From contig JAVRCJ020000015.1 in the NCBI GenBank assembly GCA_034530875.2, positions 80,744-144,743 on the forward strand: DNA of 64,000 nt, written 5' to 3'. Below the pieces are notes generated by a model, which made no database searches, was not told where the DNA came from, and was given only the letters and a program-made list of their open reading frames with translations. The position numbers were made by a program, and so were the translations under genes. Shown one piece after another: positions 1-10,506 of the stretch. Numbering within the stretch: position 1 is the first letter of the stretch; every line of letters starts with the position of its first letter. Source of the DNA: Nostoc sp. DedSLP01 (GTDB taxonomy: Bacteria > Cyanobacteriota > Cyanobacteriia > Cyanobacteriales > Nostocaceae).

Positions 1-56
1 GTGGTTGCAAAAGCGACAGAGAACCCTATAATTACCGTACTTATTAGCCAACTCAT
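1..56 (-). CDS. 5' end of a probable CadD-family (cadmium resistance) transporter, cut by the window edge
   Basis: Minus-strand ATG at 56 reads MSWLISTVIIGFSVAFAT, resembling the hydrophobic N-terminus of cyanobacterial CadD-like proteins; only 18 codons visible. Confidence 0.4.
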   Translation of the reverse strand, partial: MSWLISTVIIGFSVAFAT

Positions 57-986
57 GGTCATTACTCACAATGATTCAATGCTGTTTTTCTTGATCCTTC
101 TGGGCTTTTCGATTTCGATAGCTGTTTAGGATCTGGCGTGACTGTTTTTCCTAGCAACAACTGATGGAAGTTGACTAGTTAGCTGTCAATTTCCCAATTC
201 GGAGTATTTTTTAGAAGCGATGCCTACGGCAGTAAACTACGCCTCTAATCAAATTGGTGATTTTTGTTCTCTGCAAGGTACCTTGGAGTTTATGCAGTCA
301 ATATTATGACTTTTAGCCAAATAAGAGCAAATACTCTTGTTTTTTAAAATGATAAATTGAATTTATCAGCGAAGGCAGGAGGCAGAGGGCAGGAGGCAGG
401 AGGAAAACTGCCCTGTGCTTCCTGTCGTGACCAGAGCGAACTTGCGGTTTAAGACCGCCACCTTTGTTGAAATTTGGTGGCTGCCCCTTCAGGGGATGTG
501 AATCCCCTTGGAGAGCGGAAGCTTCTACCTCCTGCCTGTTTCAATAATCGTTTGATTCAGAAGAATTCCTCGATCGATCGCTGTGCCTAGATCGATTCAT
601 TTTTTGTAAAGATTTTTGTCAACGATATTAGTAATGTTTAATTTTTTTAATAATGCAGAGTTCAATAGTCAAGAGCCAGAAGAGATACCAATTCACTAAA
701 ATTTTGAAATAGATCCAAATCCAGAAACCCTTGTAAAATATCGATTTCTTAATTTTGAATTTTGTTAGCGCAGCGTTACTGAGCCTACGAGCGTCATACG
801 TGAATTTTGAATTGGTATGAATTGGGTATTCTTTATAAATCGCGAATGGATAAGCGGTGAAACACTACACCAAATTTTCAATTTCGTGGACTACAATTAG
901 TGGCGGGTCTAAACTCCCGATTTTGGTGCTCTAATTCCTGAATTCTGAATCGGACAATTCTGAATTCTTCTCTTTAACTTGTAATT

Positions 987-1427
987 ATGCTAACTAGTGT
1001 TGACCGTCTATTATTTGTCCGGCGAGTCCCGATTTTTAAGGAATTGCGGGATGACTTTATTGTGCGGCTGACTTCAGTGATGAACGAACTATCATTTCCG
1101 GCTAATTACACAATTTTTAGGCAAGGAGAAGAAGGCCGATCGCTCTACATTGTAGTATCGGGCCGAGTTAAAGTTCATATTGGCAATAAACAGCTAGCAG
1201 AGGTAGAACGGGGAAAATACTTCGGTGAGATGGCGGTATTTGATACTCAACCGCGTTCCGCCAGTGCCACGACTCTAGAGCCTTGCGAATTTTTAGAACT
1301 GACACAAGAGCAGTTATATGATGCGATCGAAGAAACTCCCGAAATTGCAGTGAATATTATTCGTGAGTTATCGCGGTTAATTCGCAGGTTGAATGACGAT
1401 ATGAATACAAATGGAGTAAAAACTTAA
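987..1427 (+). CDS. Cyclic nucleotide-binding (Crp/cNMP) domain protein
   Basis: IFRQGEEGRSLYIVVSGRV and FGEMAVFDTQPRSASA cNMP-binding motifs; no HTH. Confidence 0.9.
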   Translation: MLTSVDRLLFVRRVPIFKELRDDFIVRLTSVMNELSFPANYTIFRQGEEGRSLYIVVSGRVKVHIGNKQLAEVERGKYFGEMAVFDTQPRSASATTLEPCEFLELTQEQLYDAIEETPEIAVNIIRELSRLIRRLNDDMNTNGVKT

Positions 1428-1485
1428 AAATAGAGTTTCAAATTGAGTAGATATTTAGCGATCGATGTCCGCTACATATCGATAA

Positions 1486-1941
1486 TTATTCCTTTTCTTC
1501 CTGATTATTTTTATTGTCGCTCGAATTTACAAGATTAAAATAATAACTTGTTACTCCAGCTGCTAAGGGTGTTAAAAAAGCATATAAACCTCTTGCCGTA
1601 TCATTGTTAGCTGCAATAGCGTCTTTAATATGGCTATCTTTATCATCTGCTTTGAGGTCTGCTAATTTTTGAGTAAGCTGATTGACAGTCCAATAGTTAA
1701 AACCGATAAGAACAATCAAAGTAAACCATAAAGATCCTCCAAGAAACATTGACATCAATAGCTTAAAAGTTTTACGCCCATCGACACTGGTTAACACCTT
1801 CACTGCTTCAGTTTTTGAAGGTGGGTCTTGAGTGAGATCCTTTGAAGATTCTATTGTAAGTTCTATATTTTCTGAATTTAAAGAATCGGATCGTTTTTTG
1901 TCCTGTGGAGACAGAGAATTAGATTGGTCGGGGTTTGACAT
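1486..1941 (-). CDS. Hypothetical membrane protein with two predicted TM segments
   Basis: 151-aa ORF with hydrophobic stretches LLMSMFLGGSLWFTLIVLIGF and LYAFLTPLAAGVTSYYF. Confidence 0.65.
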   Translation of the reverse strand: MSNPDQSNSLSPQDKKRSDSLNSENIELTIESSKDLTQDPPSKTEAVKVLTSVDGRKTFKLLMSMFLGGSLWFTLIVLIGFNYWTVNQLTQKLADLKADDKDSHIKDAIAANNDTARGLYAFLTPLAAGVTSYYFNLVNSSDNKNNQEEKE

Positions 1942-2108
1942 AATTTACTACTTAAACAAAAATTTTCTCCCCTATTTTTAGGAAATAAGGGAGAAAAGTC
2001 TTATACAAAGCTTTTGCTGCATTTTTGAACAAGACTAAATTTCTTCAACTCATGTATGCTCTAAAAATTTACAAGTGCATACCCAATACTAGGAAATTAG
2101 ACTTGCTA

Positions 2109-2318
2109 TTATGCAACAACCAGCTTTTGAGCAGTATTCCCTTTCCTTAACAAAAGTTCAGGTTTTGTCTCTTCGGTGCGACTAGCATCAGAATAAACTT
2201 TCATTATTTCTAAACCTCTACGAAGAACTTCGCTTTTATCAATGTTCAGTTGTTTGGAAATTTCTTCGAGGTCTTTAGTAGCAGTTTCACTGAGACTAAT
2301 ATTAACTGAGCGTGCCAT
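2109..2318 (-). CDS. Ribbon-helix-helix (CopG-like) DNA-binding protein
   Basis: RSVNISLS beta strand followed by LEEISKQLNIDKSEVLRRGL helices; GGAG RBS upstream. Confidence 0.75.
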   Translation of the reverse strand: MARSVNISLSETATKDLEEISKQLNIDKSEVLRRGLEIMKVYSDASRTEETKPELLLRKGNTAQKLVVA

Positions 2319-2524
2319 CTTAATTCTCCACTTTTATTGTATTAGTTGAACAAGCTTTTTGCTGCTTCATACTATTTTTTGTCATAGCTAGATACATTTA
2401 TGCTAGCTTAAAAAGGCATTACAGTCAAGATTTTGATTAACTATAACTTGTATTTAAGTCATATAAATCAAACTTTTAAGAAGTATATGTCTTCAGATAG
2501 AAAATTATTAGAAGTGATGACTAT

Positions 2525-3949
2525 TCAAAAGTATTTGATATATCTCAAGCTAGATTTTATAAATTTTAGTGGAATTCCTATACTTGTCCCCCAATGTAAA
2601 TGAACATAAGAAGCATAAACATTCATAGGCAAACCCCATCCCTCACATCCCATATTTTCTTCACAATCGTAGCGAGAAGTTTTAAATAAAGGCTGAGTAG
2701 GAGTTGCTGTTAAGGAAGAACGATGAAACTCATGCCCGTAAACAGTTTCACCTGCCTTAACTAACAAATTATCTTGCAAAGCTACAGCACGACGATACCC
2801 TAAAGTTAAACGTCCACCCATGACGGCAGATGTTGGTAAAACTCCCACCATCGACCAAGATTTTCCTGCAAAATCAATAATTTCCTCACACAAATACATT
2901 AATCCTCCACACTCAGCAATTGTGGGCATTCCTTTGATAATTGCTGTTTTCACTGCATCGCGGGCGCTGATATTTTCTGCTAATTGCTGGGCAAAAACTT
3001 CTGGGAAACCACCGCCAAAATACATTCCGTGAATATCTTTTGGTAGTTCAGCATCTATTAGAGGACTCCAGTAAATTAGTTCTGCACCTAGTTGTTGGAG
3101 CAAATCGAGATTGTCTTGGTAGTAAAAATTAAAAGCGCGATCGCGGGCAACGGCAATTCGGATTGGGGAATAGGGAGTAGGGAGTGGTGAGTAGGAAATG
3201 GGGAGAGATTTTGATTTTAATAACGGTAGTAAGCGTTGCCAATCAAAGCAGGTATCTCCTAAATCGGCAAGGCGATTGATTACAGCATCGAGTTCGGGAA
3301 GTTCTGCGGTGGGTACTAAACCCAAATGGCGATCGGGAATTGTGATGTTATCTTGACGTCGCAACACGCCAAGAATGGGTAATTGTAGGGATTCTAGGGA
3401 GTCTTTGAGGAGAGACAGATGGCGATCGCTTCCCACTCTATTTAAAACTACACCAGCCATTTTAATGCGGGGATCGAACGATTTGTAGCCATGAGCGATC
3501 GCTGCCACAGAACCAGACAAACGACTACAATCAATTACCAACACCACGGGTAAATCTAAAAGCCGTGCAATGTGTGCCGTACTTGCAAAGTCAGTTGAGC
3601 ATTGGGAGGGTTGATTGTTGACTGTTGACTGTCGACTGTTGATTGAGGAGTTATCCTTCCCATACCCAATTCCATCAAATAACCCCATTACCCCTTCCAC
3701 TAGGGCGTATTCAGTTTCTTGACTATGACGGGCAAAGCATTGCTGAACGTAAGCTTCAGAAGTTAGCACTGGGTCTAGATTTCGACAAGGACGACCAGTT
3801 ACATATTGATGAAACATCGGATCGATGTAGTCCGGGCCTACCTTGAAAGATTGTACGGGGCGATCGCGGCGACATAAAGATGCTAAAAGGGCGAGCGTAA
3901 CTGTTGTCTTGCCCACCCCACTACGTTCTCCAGCAATGATTACAGACAT
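2525..3949 (-). CDS. cobB: Cobyrinate a,c-diamide synthase
   Basis: SGVGKTT P-loop, FKVGPDYIDP, RHLGLVP, glutaminase AECGGLMYL and GHEFH. Confidence 0.95.
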   Translation of the reverse strand: MSVIIAGERSGVGKTTVTLALLASLCRRDRPVQSFKVGPDYIDPMFHQYVTGRPCRNLDPVLTSEAYVQQCFARHSQETEYALVEGVMGLFDGIGYGKDNSSINSRQSTVNNQPSQCSTDFASTAHIARLLDLPVVLVIDCSRLSGSVAAIAHGYKSFDPRIKMAGVVLNRVGSDRHLSLLKDSLESLQLPILGVLRRQDNITIPDRHLGLVPTAELPELDAVINRLADLGDTCFDWQRLLPLLKSKSLPISYSPLPTPYSPIRIAVARDRAFNFYYQDNLDLLQQLGAELIYWSPLIDAELPKDIHGMYFGGGFPEVFAQQLAENISARDAVKTAIIKGMPTIAECGGLMYLCEEIIDFAGKSWSMVGVLPTSAVMGGRLTLGYRRAVALQDNLLVKAGETVYGHEFHRSSLTATPTQPLFKTSRYDCEENMGCEGWGLPMNVYASYVHLHWGTSIGIPLKFIKSSLRYIKYF

Positions 3950-4003
3950 GAAATAAGTTAGGAGTTAAGAGTGAGAAGTTACAAATTATAACTCCTAACT
4001 CTT

Positions 4004-4031
4004 GTACAGACGCGATTAATCGCGTCTGTAC
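4004..4031. repeat. Perfect 28-bp palindromic small dispersed repeat
   Basis: GTACAGACGCGATTAATCGCGTCTGTAC; near-identical copy at 40366-40393 and a similar hairpin at 38039-38067. Confidence 0.85.
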
Positions 4032-4033
4032 TT

Positions 4034-5398
4034 TTAACTCCCAGTCTTAAAAGTCTTCGCCATCACTGCTAGACTTTCTTCAAAAAGTGACTCGCGACCC
4101 CAGCGTTGCACCTGCTGACTCAGCAATGCTTCCGCCTTTTGTTCTGAAAGCGAACTCACTTGTTGAAATAGACCTGCGGCTTGGGCGCCACCGTGTGTTT
4201 CCATCCGCATACAACCACCCGTTTCCGAGCAAATTACCGTACCACAGTCTGCTTGCGGATTTGTGGAACTCAGGCGGATAGCAATCAAGTCACCAATAAT
4301 TTCACCGACATCAGCAACTGGGACTCCGGCTAACTCGGCTTCTACTTGTCGCTGGTCTTGGGCAACAAAGCGAATCCGACTGATGTCGTAATCTCCGCTT
4401 TCCTTTTGATAAGAAACTGGCTGCCATTCTAGCCGACTTGCCAGCCAACCCAAAAACAGCAATCCTTGTGCTGGGTTACCTTTTTCGTAATCAATTGTGA
4501 CTCTATCAATTTCTCTGAGGGCGGCGCGACGGTGGGGTGCGTCGTAGGCTTCAGCTGTCAACTCTTGCCATGCTGAGAGGCGACGCCAGTTCAAGTCAGC
4601 TAAGGGAACGCCACTTTCTACTAATTCTTGTAGGTGGAGTAAGTCGTTTTCTGGCTCATTAAAGCGGCAAGAATCCACAATCACATTATTGCAGACTGCT
4701 GCCAACCGCTTGAATAAAGTGTTGTTGGGGTCTGGTGTTGCCTTCCACCATAGAAATTTAGGCAAGCCACCAATTAACAATGCTGGAAGCATCCCTCCTA
4801 CACGTTCCAAAGCGGCAGCAGTGCCACTGAGAGTTATGTATTCGCAGCAGACGAGTGTACTTGAGGATTGCTTTTGAATGGGGCAATAAGCGGAAACTTG
4901 AGCTTTGACGCCTTCATCTTCTCCAGTAATCGGGAATAAGGCAATAATCCGACATGGATTACGGAGAGCGATTTCATCAGCTATTGTGGGGCTTGGCGCA
5001 TTTAAGTTATAGGAAGAACCATTATCTCCGCCAGCGCCATTTCCCTGACGTTTGGTGAATTCTTCCCGCAATATAGCCAGAGTTTCAGGTGTTGCGGTTC
5101 CGGTTTCTGGCAGTGCATATTTTACTTGTACTTGTCGCAGGGCAGCTTCCATCTGCGGCCCTAAAATTCCGTCCAGCGGCCCGTTATAAAATCCTAAAGT
5201 AGCCAGAAGATACTGAGTTTCTTCTGGTTCGTAAACGACTAAAGTAAATGTCGTGGCACGAGTAGCAGCAGGAAGCCCGCCATCCTCGCCAGTAATGCCG
5301 TAACTTTGCCAGATTTGATTAAGTTCCGCTTCTATTTCTGTGAGTGAAATATCCTTCGGAGCTTGAAGTGAAAAAATAGTAGAAGCTTGGGGAGCCAT
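4034..5398 (-). CDS. opcA: Glucose-6-phosphate dehydrogenase assembly protein OpcA
   Basis: Directly downstream of zwf; NPCRII, YCPIQK, DLNWRRL motifs; ATG at 5398 (TTG at 5404 possible). Confidence 0.95.
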   Translation of the reverse strand: MAPQASTIFSLQAPKDISLTEIEAELNQIWQSYGITGEDGGLPAATRATTFTLVVYEPEETQYLLATLGFYNGPLDGILGPQMEAALRQVQVKYALPETGTATPETLAILREEFTKRQGNGAGGDNGSSYNLNAPSPTIADEIALRNPCRIIALFPITGEDEGVKAQVSAYCPIQKQSSSTLVCCEYITLSGTAAALERVGGMLPALLIGGLPKFLWWKATPDPNNTLFKRLAAVCNNVIVDSCRFNEPENDLLHLQELVESGVPLADLNWRRLSAWQELTAEAYDAPHRRAALREIDRVTIDYEKGNPAQGLLFLGWLASRLEWQPVSYQKESGDYDISRIRFVAQDQRQVEAELAGVPVADVGEIIGDLIAIRLSSTNPQADCGTVICSETGGCMRMETHGGAQAAGLFQQVSSLSEQKAEALLSQQVQRWGRESLFEESLAVMAKTFKTGS

Positions 5399-5403
5399 AG
5401 TCA

Positions 5404-5461
5404 ATTTTGGATTTTGGATTTTGGATTTTGGATTTGAGATTTGAGATTTGAGATTTTGGAT
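5404..5461. repeat. STRR heptamer tandem repeat (ATTTTGG/ATTTGAG)
   Basis: About 8 tandem heptamers between zwf and opcA; related heptamer runs at 5540-5570, 7105-7270, 28160-28310, 49310-49450, 53670-53845 and 59430-59480. Confidence 0.9.
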
Positions 5462-5570
5462 TAAGAACTAGTAATTTGGTAATTAGTAATTGGTCATAGT
5501 TTTTCATATTTCCTATTACCTATTCCATATTCCGTCCCAATCTAAAATCTAAAATCTAAAATCTAAAATT

Positions 5571-7100
5571 TTACAGTCTGCGCCAGCGACGGCCATCCTG
5601 ATTAATTAATAATTCTGCTTCTGCTGGTTCCCAAGTACCTGCTTCGTACCGGGGAATGGAGGCCGGGTCTGTGGGTGCATCCCAAACGGAAAGGGCTGGA
5701 GTTACTACTTGCCAAGCTGCTTCTACTTCATCAGCGCGGGTGAATAATGTTTGGTCGCCCATCATACAATCAAGGAAAAGGCGATCGTAGGCATCGGAAG
5801 TTGCTTGGATACCAAAGGAACCATAACTAAAGTCCATGTCCACAGAACGAGTGCGGAATTCTGCTCCTGGCATTTTCACATCAAAGCGCAGGGAAATTCC
5901 TTCATTGGGCTGAATCCGCATTGCCAAAATATTGGCATTTCTTTGTTGCGCGGCGGATTGAAACATGCGTGAAGGAACGTCGCGGAAGTGGATGGAAATC
6001 TCACTGACTTTTTTCGGCATCCGCTTTCCAGTACGCAGGTAGAAGGGAACACCTTGCCAGCGCCAGTTATCAACTACAAACTTCATCGCTACGTAGGTGG
6101 GCGTTGTGGATTGGGGATTAACGCCTGGTTCTTCGTGATACCCTGGTACTGGTTGACCTTTCATCCAGCCGGCGCTGTATTGACCGCGCACTGCGGAACG
6201 TGAAAGATTATTAACATCAGCTAAACGGGTAGCTTGGAGTGCTTTGACTTTTTCGGTACGGATGCTGTCGGCATCCATTGAGTTGGGTGCCTCCATTGCT
6301 GTCAGGCAGTAAAGTTGCATTAGATGGTTTTGCAACATATCCCGCAGTGCGCCGGCGCTTTCATAGTAACCAGCGCGGTCTTCTACGCCTACGGTTTCTG
6401 CCACGGTAATTTGTACGTGGTCAACAAATTGCCGATTCCACAAGGGTTCAAAAATCGCATTGGCAAAGCGAAATACCAGCAAGTTCTGGACTGTTTCTTT
6501 ACCCAAGTAGTGGTCGATACGATAAACTTGGTTTTCTTTGCAAAATTTCTGTACTACTTGGTTGAGACTTTGGGCTGAAGCTAAGTCACGACCAAAGGGT
6601 TTTTCAATTACTAGACGATGTTTATAAGGATCTTCTAGCATCCCGGCAGTTCCTAACTGCCTAATAGCTTCGGGAAAGAATGCCGGGGCAACGGAGAGGT
6701 AAAACATCCGATTCCCTCGCGTACCCCGCTTTTCGTCTAATTCAGTTAATAAATTTTTCAGTTTTTGGTAGCTTTCTGGCTTGTCGATATCGCCAGGACA
6801 GTAGAACAAACCTTGAGAAAAGTCTTGCCAGAGTTCGCCCAATTCAACATCGGGGTGTGCCTCTTCCATACCTTTTTGCATTTGTTCGCGGAAGTATTCG
6901 TGAGTCCACTCTCGACGTGCTACGCCAACGATGGTAGTTTCAGGTGGAATCCGCCGTTCTCGCCGCAATTTAAAAAGTGCTGGTACTAGTTTGCGCCAGG
7001 TAAGGTCACCGGAAGCGCCAAAGATAACTATAATTTGGGGTTCGGGCATCCCTTGTTGTTGCAGACCAACGCGCAAGGGATTTTCTAGCAGACTGACCAT
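5571..7100 (-). CDS. zwf: Glucose-6-phosphate 1-dehydrogenase
   Basis: [20 protein letters not shown] motifs; true start MVSLLENP at 7100, the longer ORF extension is translated STRR repeat. Confidence 0.97.
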   Translation of the reverse strand: MVSLLENPLRVGLQQQGMPEPQIIVIFGASGDLTWRKLVPALFKLRRERRIPPETTIVGVARREWTHEYFREQMQKGMEEAHPDVELGELWQDFSQGLFYCPGDIDKPESYQKLKNLLTELDEKRGTRGNRMFYLSVAPAFFPEAIRQLGTAGMLEDPYKHRLVIEKPFGRDLASAQSLNQVVQKFCKENQVYRIDHYLGKETVQNLLVFRFANAIFEPLWNRQFVDHVQITVAETVGVEDRAGYYESAGALRDMLQNHLMQLYCLTAMEAPNSMDADSIRTEKVKALQATRLADVNNLSRSAVRGQYSAGWMKGQPVPGYHEEPGVNPQSTTPTYVAMKFVVDNWRWQGVPFYLRTGKRMPKKVSEISIHFRDVPSRMFQSAAQQRNANILAMRIQPNEGISLRFDVKMPGAEFRTRSVDMDFSYGSFGIQATSDAYDRLFLDCMMGDQTLFTRADEVEAAWQVVTPALSVWDAPTDPASIPRYEAGTWEPAEAELLINQDGRRWRRL

Positions 7101-7279
7101 AGGAATTTTGGATTTTAGATTTTGGATTTTGGGTTGGGGACTGGGGTATGGGGCAAGCCGGGAGTGTGGGAGGTGTGGGAGGTGTGGGAGGATGGGGAAG
7201 AAATCTTTCCCCCTTCTCTCCCCACACTCCCCACACTTCCCCATCTCTCCATCTCCCTGTCTTCCCATCTCCCCATCCC

Positions 7280-8425
7280 TTACACAGGCGACAATACCTT
7301 GATTTTTTCTTCTAAAGAGTTCATCAAGGACTGGAAGGGTTGGATGAATTTGTCAATACCTTCAGCTAGGAGTTCATCCATTACGGCATTGAGGTCGATG
7401 TTGATGTCGGGGTCTTTGAGGTTTTCGATGAGCGTATAAGCTTGTTCTGTTCCTGTTTCTATACGATCGCCTACGTTACAATGATCGGCACAAGCTTTGA
7501 TGGTGGCTGGTGGTACGGTGTTCACGGTATCTTTGCCAATCAACTCATCGACATACATCACGTCGCTGTAGCTGGGGTTTTTAGTGCTGGTGCTTGCCCA
7601 CAGTAGCCGCTGTACTTTGGCTCCTTTTGCTGCTAAGGCTTGCCAACGATCGCTTTCTACAATTTTCTTGTATTCTTGGTAGGCTATCTTGGCGTTGGCG
7701 ATCGCAACTTTTCCTTGAACAGCTTTTAGCTTGGCTTCCAAGGCAATATCATCAACACCTTTTTTCAACTTAGCATCTATTTTGGCGTCGATGTTGTTAT
7801 CGATCCGACTGAGGAAGAAACTAGCAACTGAAGCAATTTTGCTGATGTCTTTACCCTCGCTTGCCCGTTTTTCTAAACCCCGAATATATGCCCAAGCTGT
7901 GTTGACGTAGCTTTGTACGGAAAACAGCAATGTGATGTTAACATTAATGCCGTCGGCAATTACCTCTTCTACTGCTGGTAAACCAGCTTCGGTGCCAGGA
8001 ATTTTAATCATCAGATTTTCCCGGCCGATTTCTTGAAAGTAGCGTCTGGCTTCGGCGATTGTTGCTTCGGTATCGTGGGCAATGACCGGTGGGACTTCGA
8101 TACTTACGTAACCATCGAGGTGATTCGAGGCTTCATAAACAGGGCGCAGAATATCGCAAGCACTGCGGATATCTGCAAAAATCAGCGATTCGTAAATTTT
8201 GTCTATTGGTAAGTTAGCGCGAACTCCAGCTTCGATATCGGCATCGTAAATGACATTGCCAGCGATCGCTTTTTCAAAAATCGTTGGATTGGAAGTAATC
8301 CCCACAATTCCTTGATTTTCAACCAAGTCTTTGAGTTCGCCTGATTGAATAATGTCACGGCTCAAATTATCCATCCAGATACTTTGGCCGTATTGCTTAA
8401 TTTCTAGTAGATGATTGGTTGCCAT
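7280..8425 (-). CDS. tal: Transaldolase
   Basis: [36 protein letters not shown]; start MATNHLL at 8425. Confidence 0.96.
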   Translation of the reverse strand: MATNHLLEIKQYGQSIWMDNLSRDIIQSGELKDLVENQGIVGITSNPTIFEKAIAGNVIYDADIEAGVRANLPIDKIYESLIFADIRSACDILRPVYEASNHLDGYVSIEVPPVIAHDTEATIAEARRYFQEIGRENLMIKIPGTEAGLPAVEEVIADGINVNITLLFSVQSYVNTAWAYIRGLEKRASEGKDISKIASVASFFLSRIDNNIDAKIDAKLKKGVDDIALEAKLKAVQGKVAIANAKIAYQEYKKIVESDRWQALAAKGAKVQRLLWASTSTKNPSYSDVMYVDELIGKDTVNTVPPATIKACADHCNVGDRIETGTEQAYTLIENLKDPDINIDLNAVMDELLAEGIDKFIQPFQSLMNSLEEKIKVLSPV

Positions 8426-8714
8426 AACTCTGGTTTTCCACTCCTGTATGATGTTTCTTAGTGAGGTTGGCATCCATCAAATTTTCAACTAGCTATCAGT
8501 TAACATCTGTTGGTTATTAGGCGTTAAATACTGTTGATTGTTGATGGTGACTTTTGAATTTTGACGTTGCCAATCACTTATTGCATCGACCAGCTGAGAT
8601 AATCCTTAATTAATTTCAAGAATTGCTATTTATGCATTCCCAATCCTAAATCACCATGATTAATTTTTAATTAATGGCATCTAAATGCATTCTCGCTCTG
8701 GTTCTCATCCTCAT

Positions 8715-9764
8715 CTAATGACCGTTTTGAATAAAAGACTCGACTTTAGCGACGTCTTCTTTACTACCAATAATTAAAGGCGTGCGCTGATGCAGTTTTT
8801 TTGGCACTACGTCCAAAATATCTACTAATCCTGTAGTGGCACGACCGCCTGCTTGCTCGATCAAAAAGGCTAAAGGAGCGGTTTCATAAAGCAGACGCAA
8901 TTTTCCTTCTGGTTTTTCAATTGTGCCTGGGTAGAGAAATACGCCGCCTTGAACTAAAATTCTATGGATGTCGCTCACCATTGCGCCGCTATATCGAGCG
9001 CTATAGCCTTCTGTGCGGTGAACGTAGCGAATGTACTCTCGAATTGATTCTTCCCATTGCCAGAAGTTACCCTCATTCACGCTATAAACAGCGCCGTGGT
9101 TGGGAATGCGGATATTTTCTTCTGTGAGAATAAATTCACCTAAGCTGGGGTCGAGGACAAAGGAGTGAACGCCTTTACCTATAGTATAGACGAGCATTGT
9201 GCTGGGCCCATACAGGATGTACCCAGCAGCAATTTGCTTACGTCCGTTGGCGAGTAGGTCAGTTGCAAGGCGATCGCTATCAGTACCTTCTTGTTGGCGA
9301 ATGGCAAAAATAGAACCTAAGCTGAGATTGATATCGGTATTCGATGAACCATCAATTGGGTCATACAGGAGAGTATACCGTCCAATGGGGCAATTTTCTG
9401 GAATATAGTACGGTTTTTCCATTTCCTCAGAAGCCAGGCGACAAACTAAGCCGCTTTGCTTAAAGACTGAGATAAAGACATCGTTAGCATAAACATCCAT
9501 CTTTTTGACGGATTCACCTTGCACGTTTACTTCTCCAGTAAATCCGAGAACGCCTTCCATTAAACCAGCGCGACTCATGCGACGAGCAATCAATTTGCCA
9601 GCCAGGGCGATGCGATTCATGAGGGCGCTCAAATCTTGTGCATCTGCGGAAAAACTTTGAAGTTGCTGTAAAACGTGACGGGATAGAGTAGTACAATCAC
9701 GATCTAAAGCTCTGTCTGTAGCCTCGTTGACGGACAAACCTAAAGATTCTGGGGCTTGAGTCAT
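8715..9764 (-). CDS. fbp: Fructose-1,6-bisphosphatase class 1
   Basis: [23 protein letters not shown]; heads the fbp-tal-zwf-opcA operon. Confidence 0.97.
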   Translation of the reverse strand: MTQAPESLGLSVNEATDRALDRDCTTLSRHVLQQLQSFSADAQDLSALMNRIALAGKLIARRMSRAGLMEGVLGFTGEVNVQGESVKKMDVYANDVFISVFKQSGLVCRLASEEMEKPYYIPENCPIGRYTLLYDPIDGSSNTDINLSLGSIFAIRQQEGTDSDRLATDLLANGRKQIAAGYILYGPSTMLVYTIGKGVHSFVLDPSLGEFILTEENIRIPNHGAVYSVNEGNFWQWEESIREYIRYVHRTEGYSARYSGAMVSDIHRILVQGGVFLYPGTIEKPEGKLRLLYETAPLAFLIEQAGGRATTGLVDILDVVPKKLHQRTPLIIGSKEDVAKVESFIQNGH

Positions 9765-10033
9765 TTTTTGTGTTCTCCGTAGCCACTAGCTGTTAGTTGG
9801 GTCGAATCGCAACTTTATGGTTGCTGCTTCTATCTTAGAAAGGTAATTTGAGAACTGAGATGCGACTTTAGATAAACTAAAGAAATGAATCTTTGATGAC
9901 TCTCATCCACAGAGCAATAACCGATATTGAGATGTTCGGGGGAGCGATCGCGCTCTAAATTCGATAAATTATTCTCTGATAACTAAAGCTGCAAGTTATG
10001 ATTTGCCAAATTTATGATATAATCGCAAATCTG

Positions 10034-10105
10034 GGGCGATTAGCACAGGGGTAGCGCACATCCTTCACACGGATGGGGTCACTGGTTCAAATCCAGTATC
10101 GCCCA
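10034..10105 (+). tRNA. trnV: tRNA-Val(CAC)
   Basis: 72-nt cloverleaf: acceptor GGGCGAT/ATCGCCC, anticodon arm CATCC-TTCACAC-GGATG, T arm ACTGG-TTCAAAT-CCAGT; one A-C mismatch in the D stem. Confidence 0.93.
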
Positions 10106-10110
10106 TTTAT

Positions 10111-10160
10111 GTAGAGCGACAAATTATTTGACCACTTCAACAAATAATTTGTCGCTCTAC
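10111..10160 (+). terminator. Perfect 20-bp stem-loop after tRNA-Val (terminator or dispersed hairpin repeat)
   Basis: GTAGAGCGACAAATTATTTG-N10-CAAATAATTTGTCGCTCTAC. Confidence 0.7.
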
Positions 10161-10506
10161 AATTTATATGCACTAACAGTTTCAGCTTAGTAACGAGCGT
10201 TCAATTACCTTAAACTTTTTCACTCCAACCAGTATCAAGACTAAAAGTGTACGATTGAGTTGAACGCAAAGTCTATCGAATCTGGGATGAAGCACGTCCG
10301 ATCGCACCAGAACCAGAAGACATAGTTGAAATTTATCTTGTTCCAACTCTAGAGACTTCTTGCAGTGTTTGAAGCAACTCGTTAAGCTAATGCTTATAAA
10401 TTGATGTTTTTCTTGTTTTTTCAAGAATTTGCTGAGGCTAGTATTGGATCAGCTCTTCTCGCCAGTCGGCGGTGCTTCGTTGTCTGAATGTAATATTTCC
10501 ATTGAT

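Noticed and set aside
6931..7439. ORFs at the zwf/tal junction and N-terminal extensions of zwf, cobW and the DUF4281 gene
   Set aside because: Translations of STRR repeats or antisense frames; conserved starts lie downstream
10182..10424. 80-aa ORF as a fourth pPIWI-RE gene, integrase remnant or guide RNA locus
   Set aside because: TTG start, no recognisable motif, and no repeat or structure supporting an RNA gene
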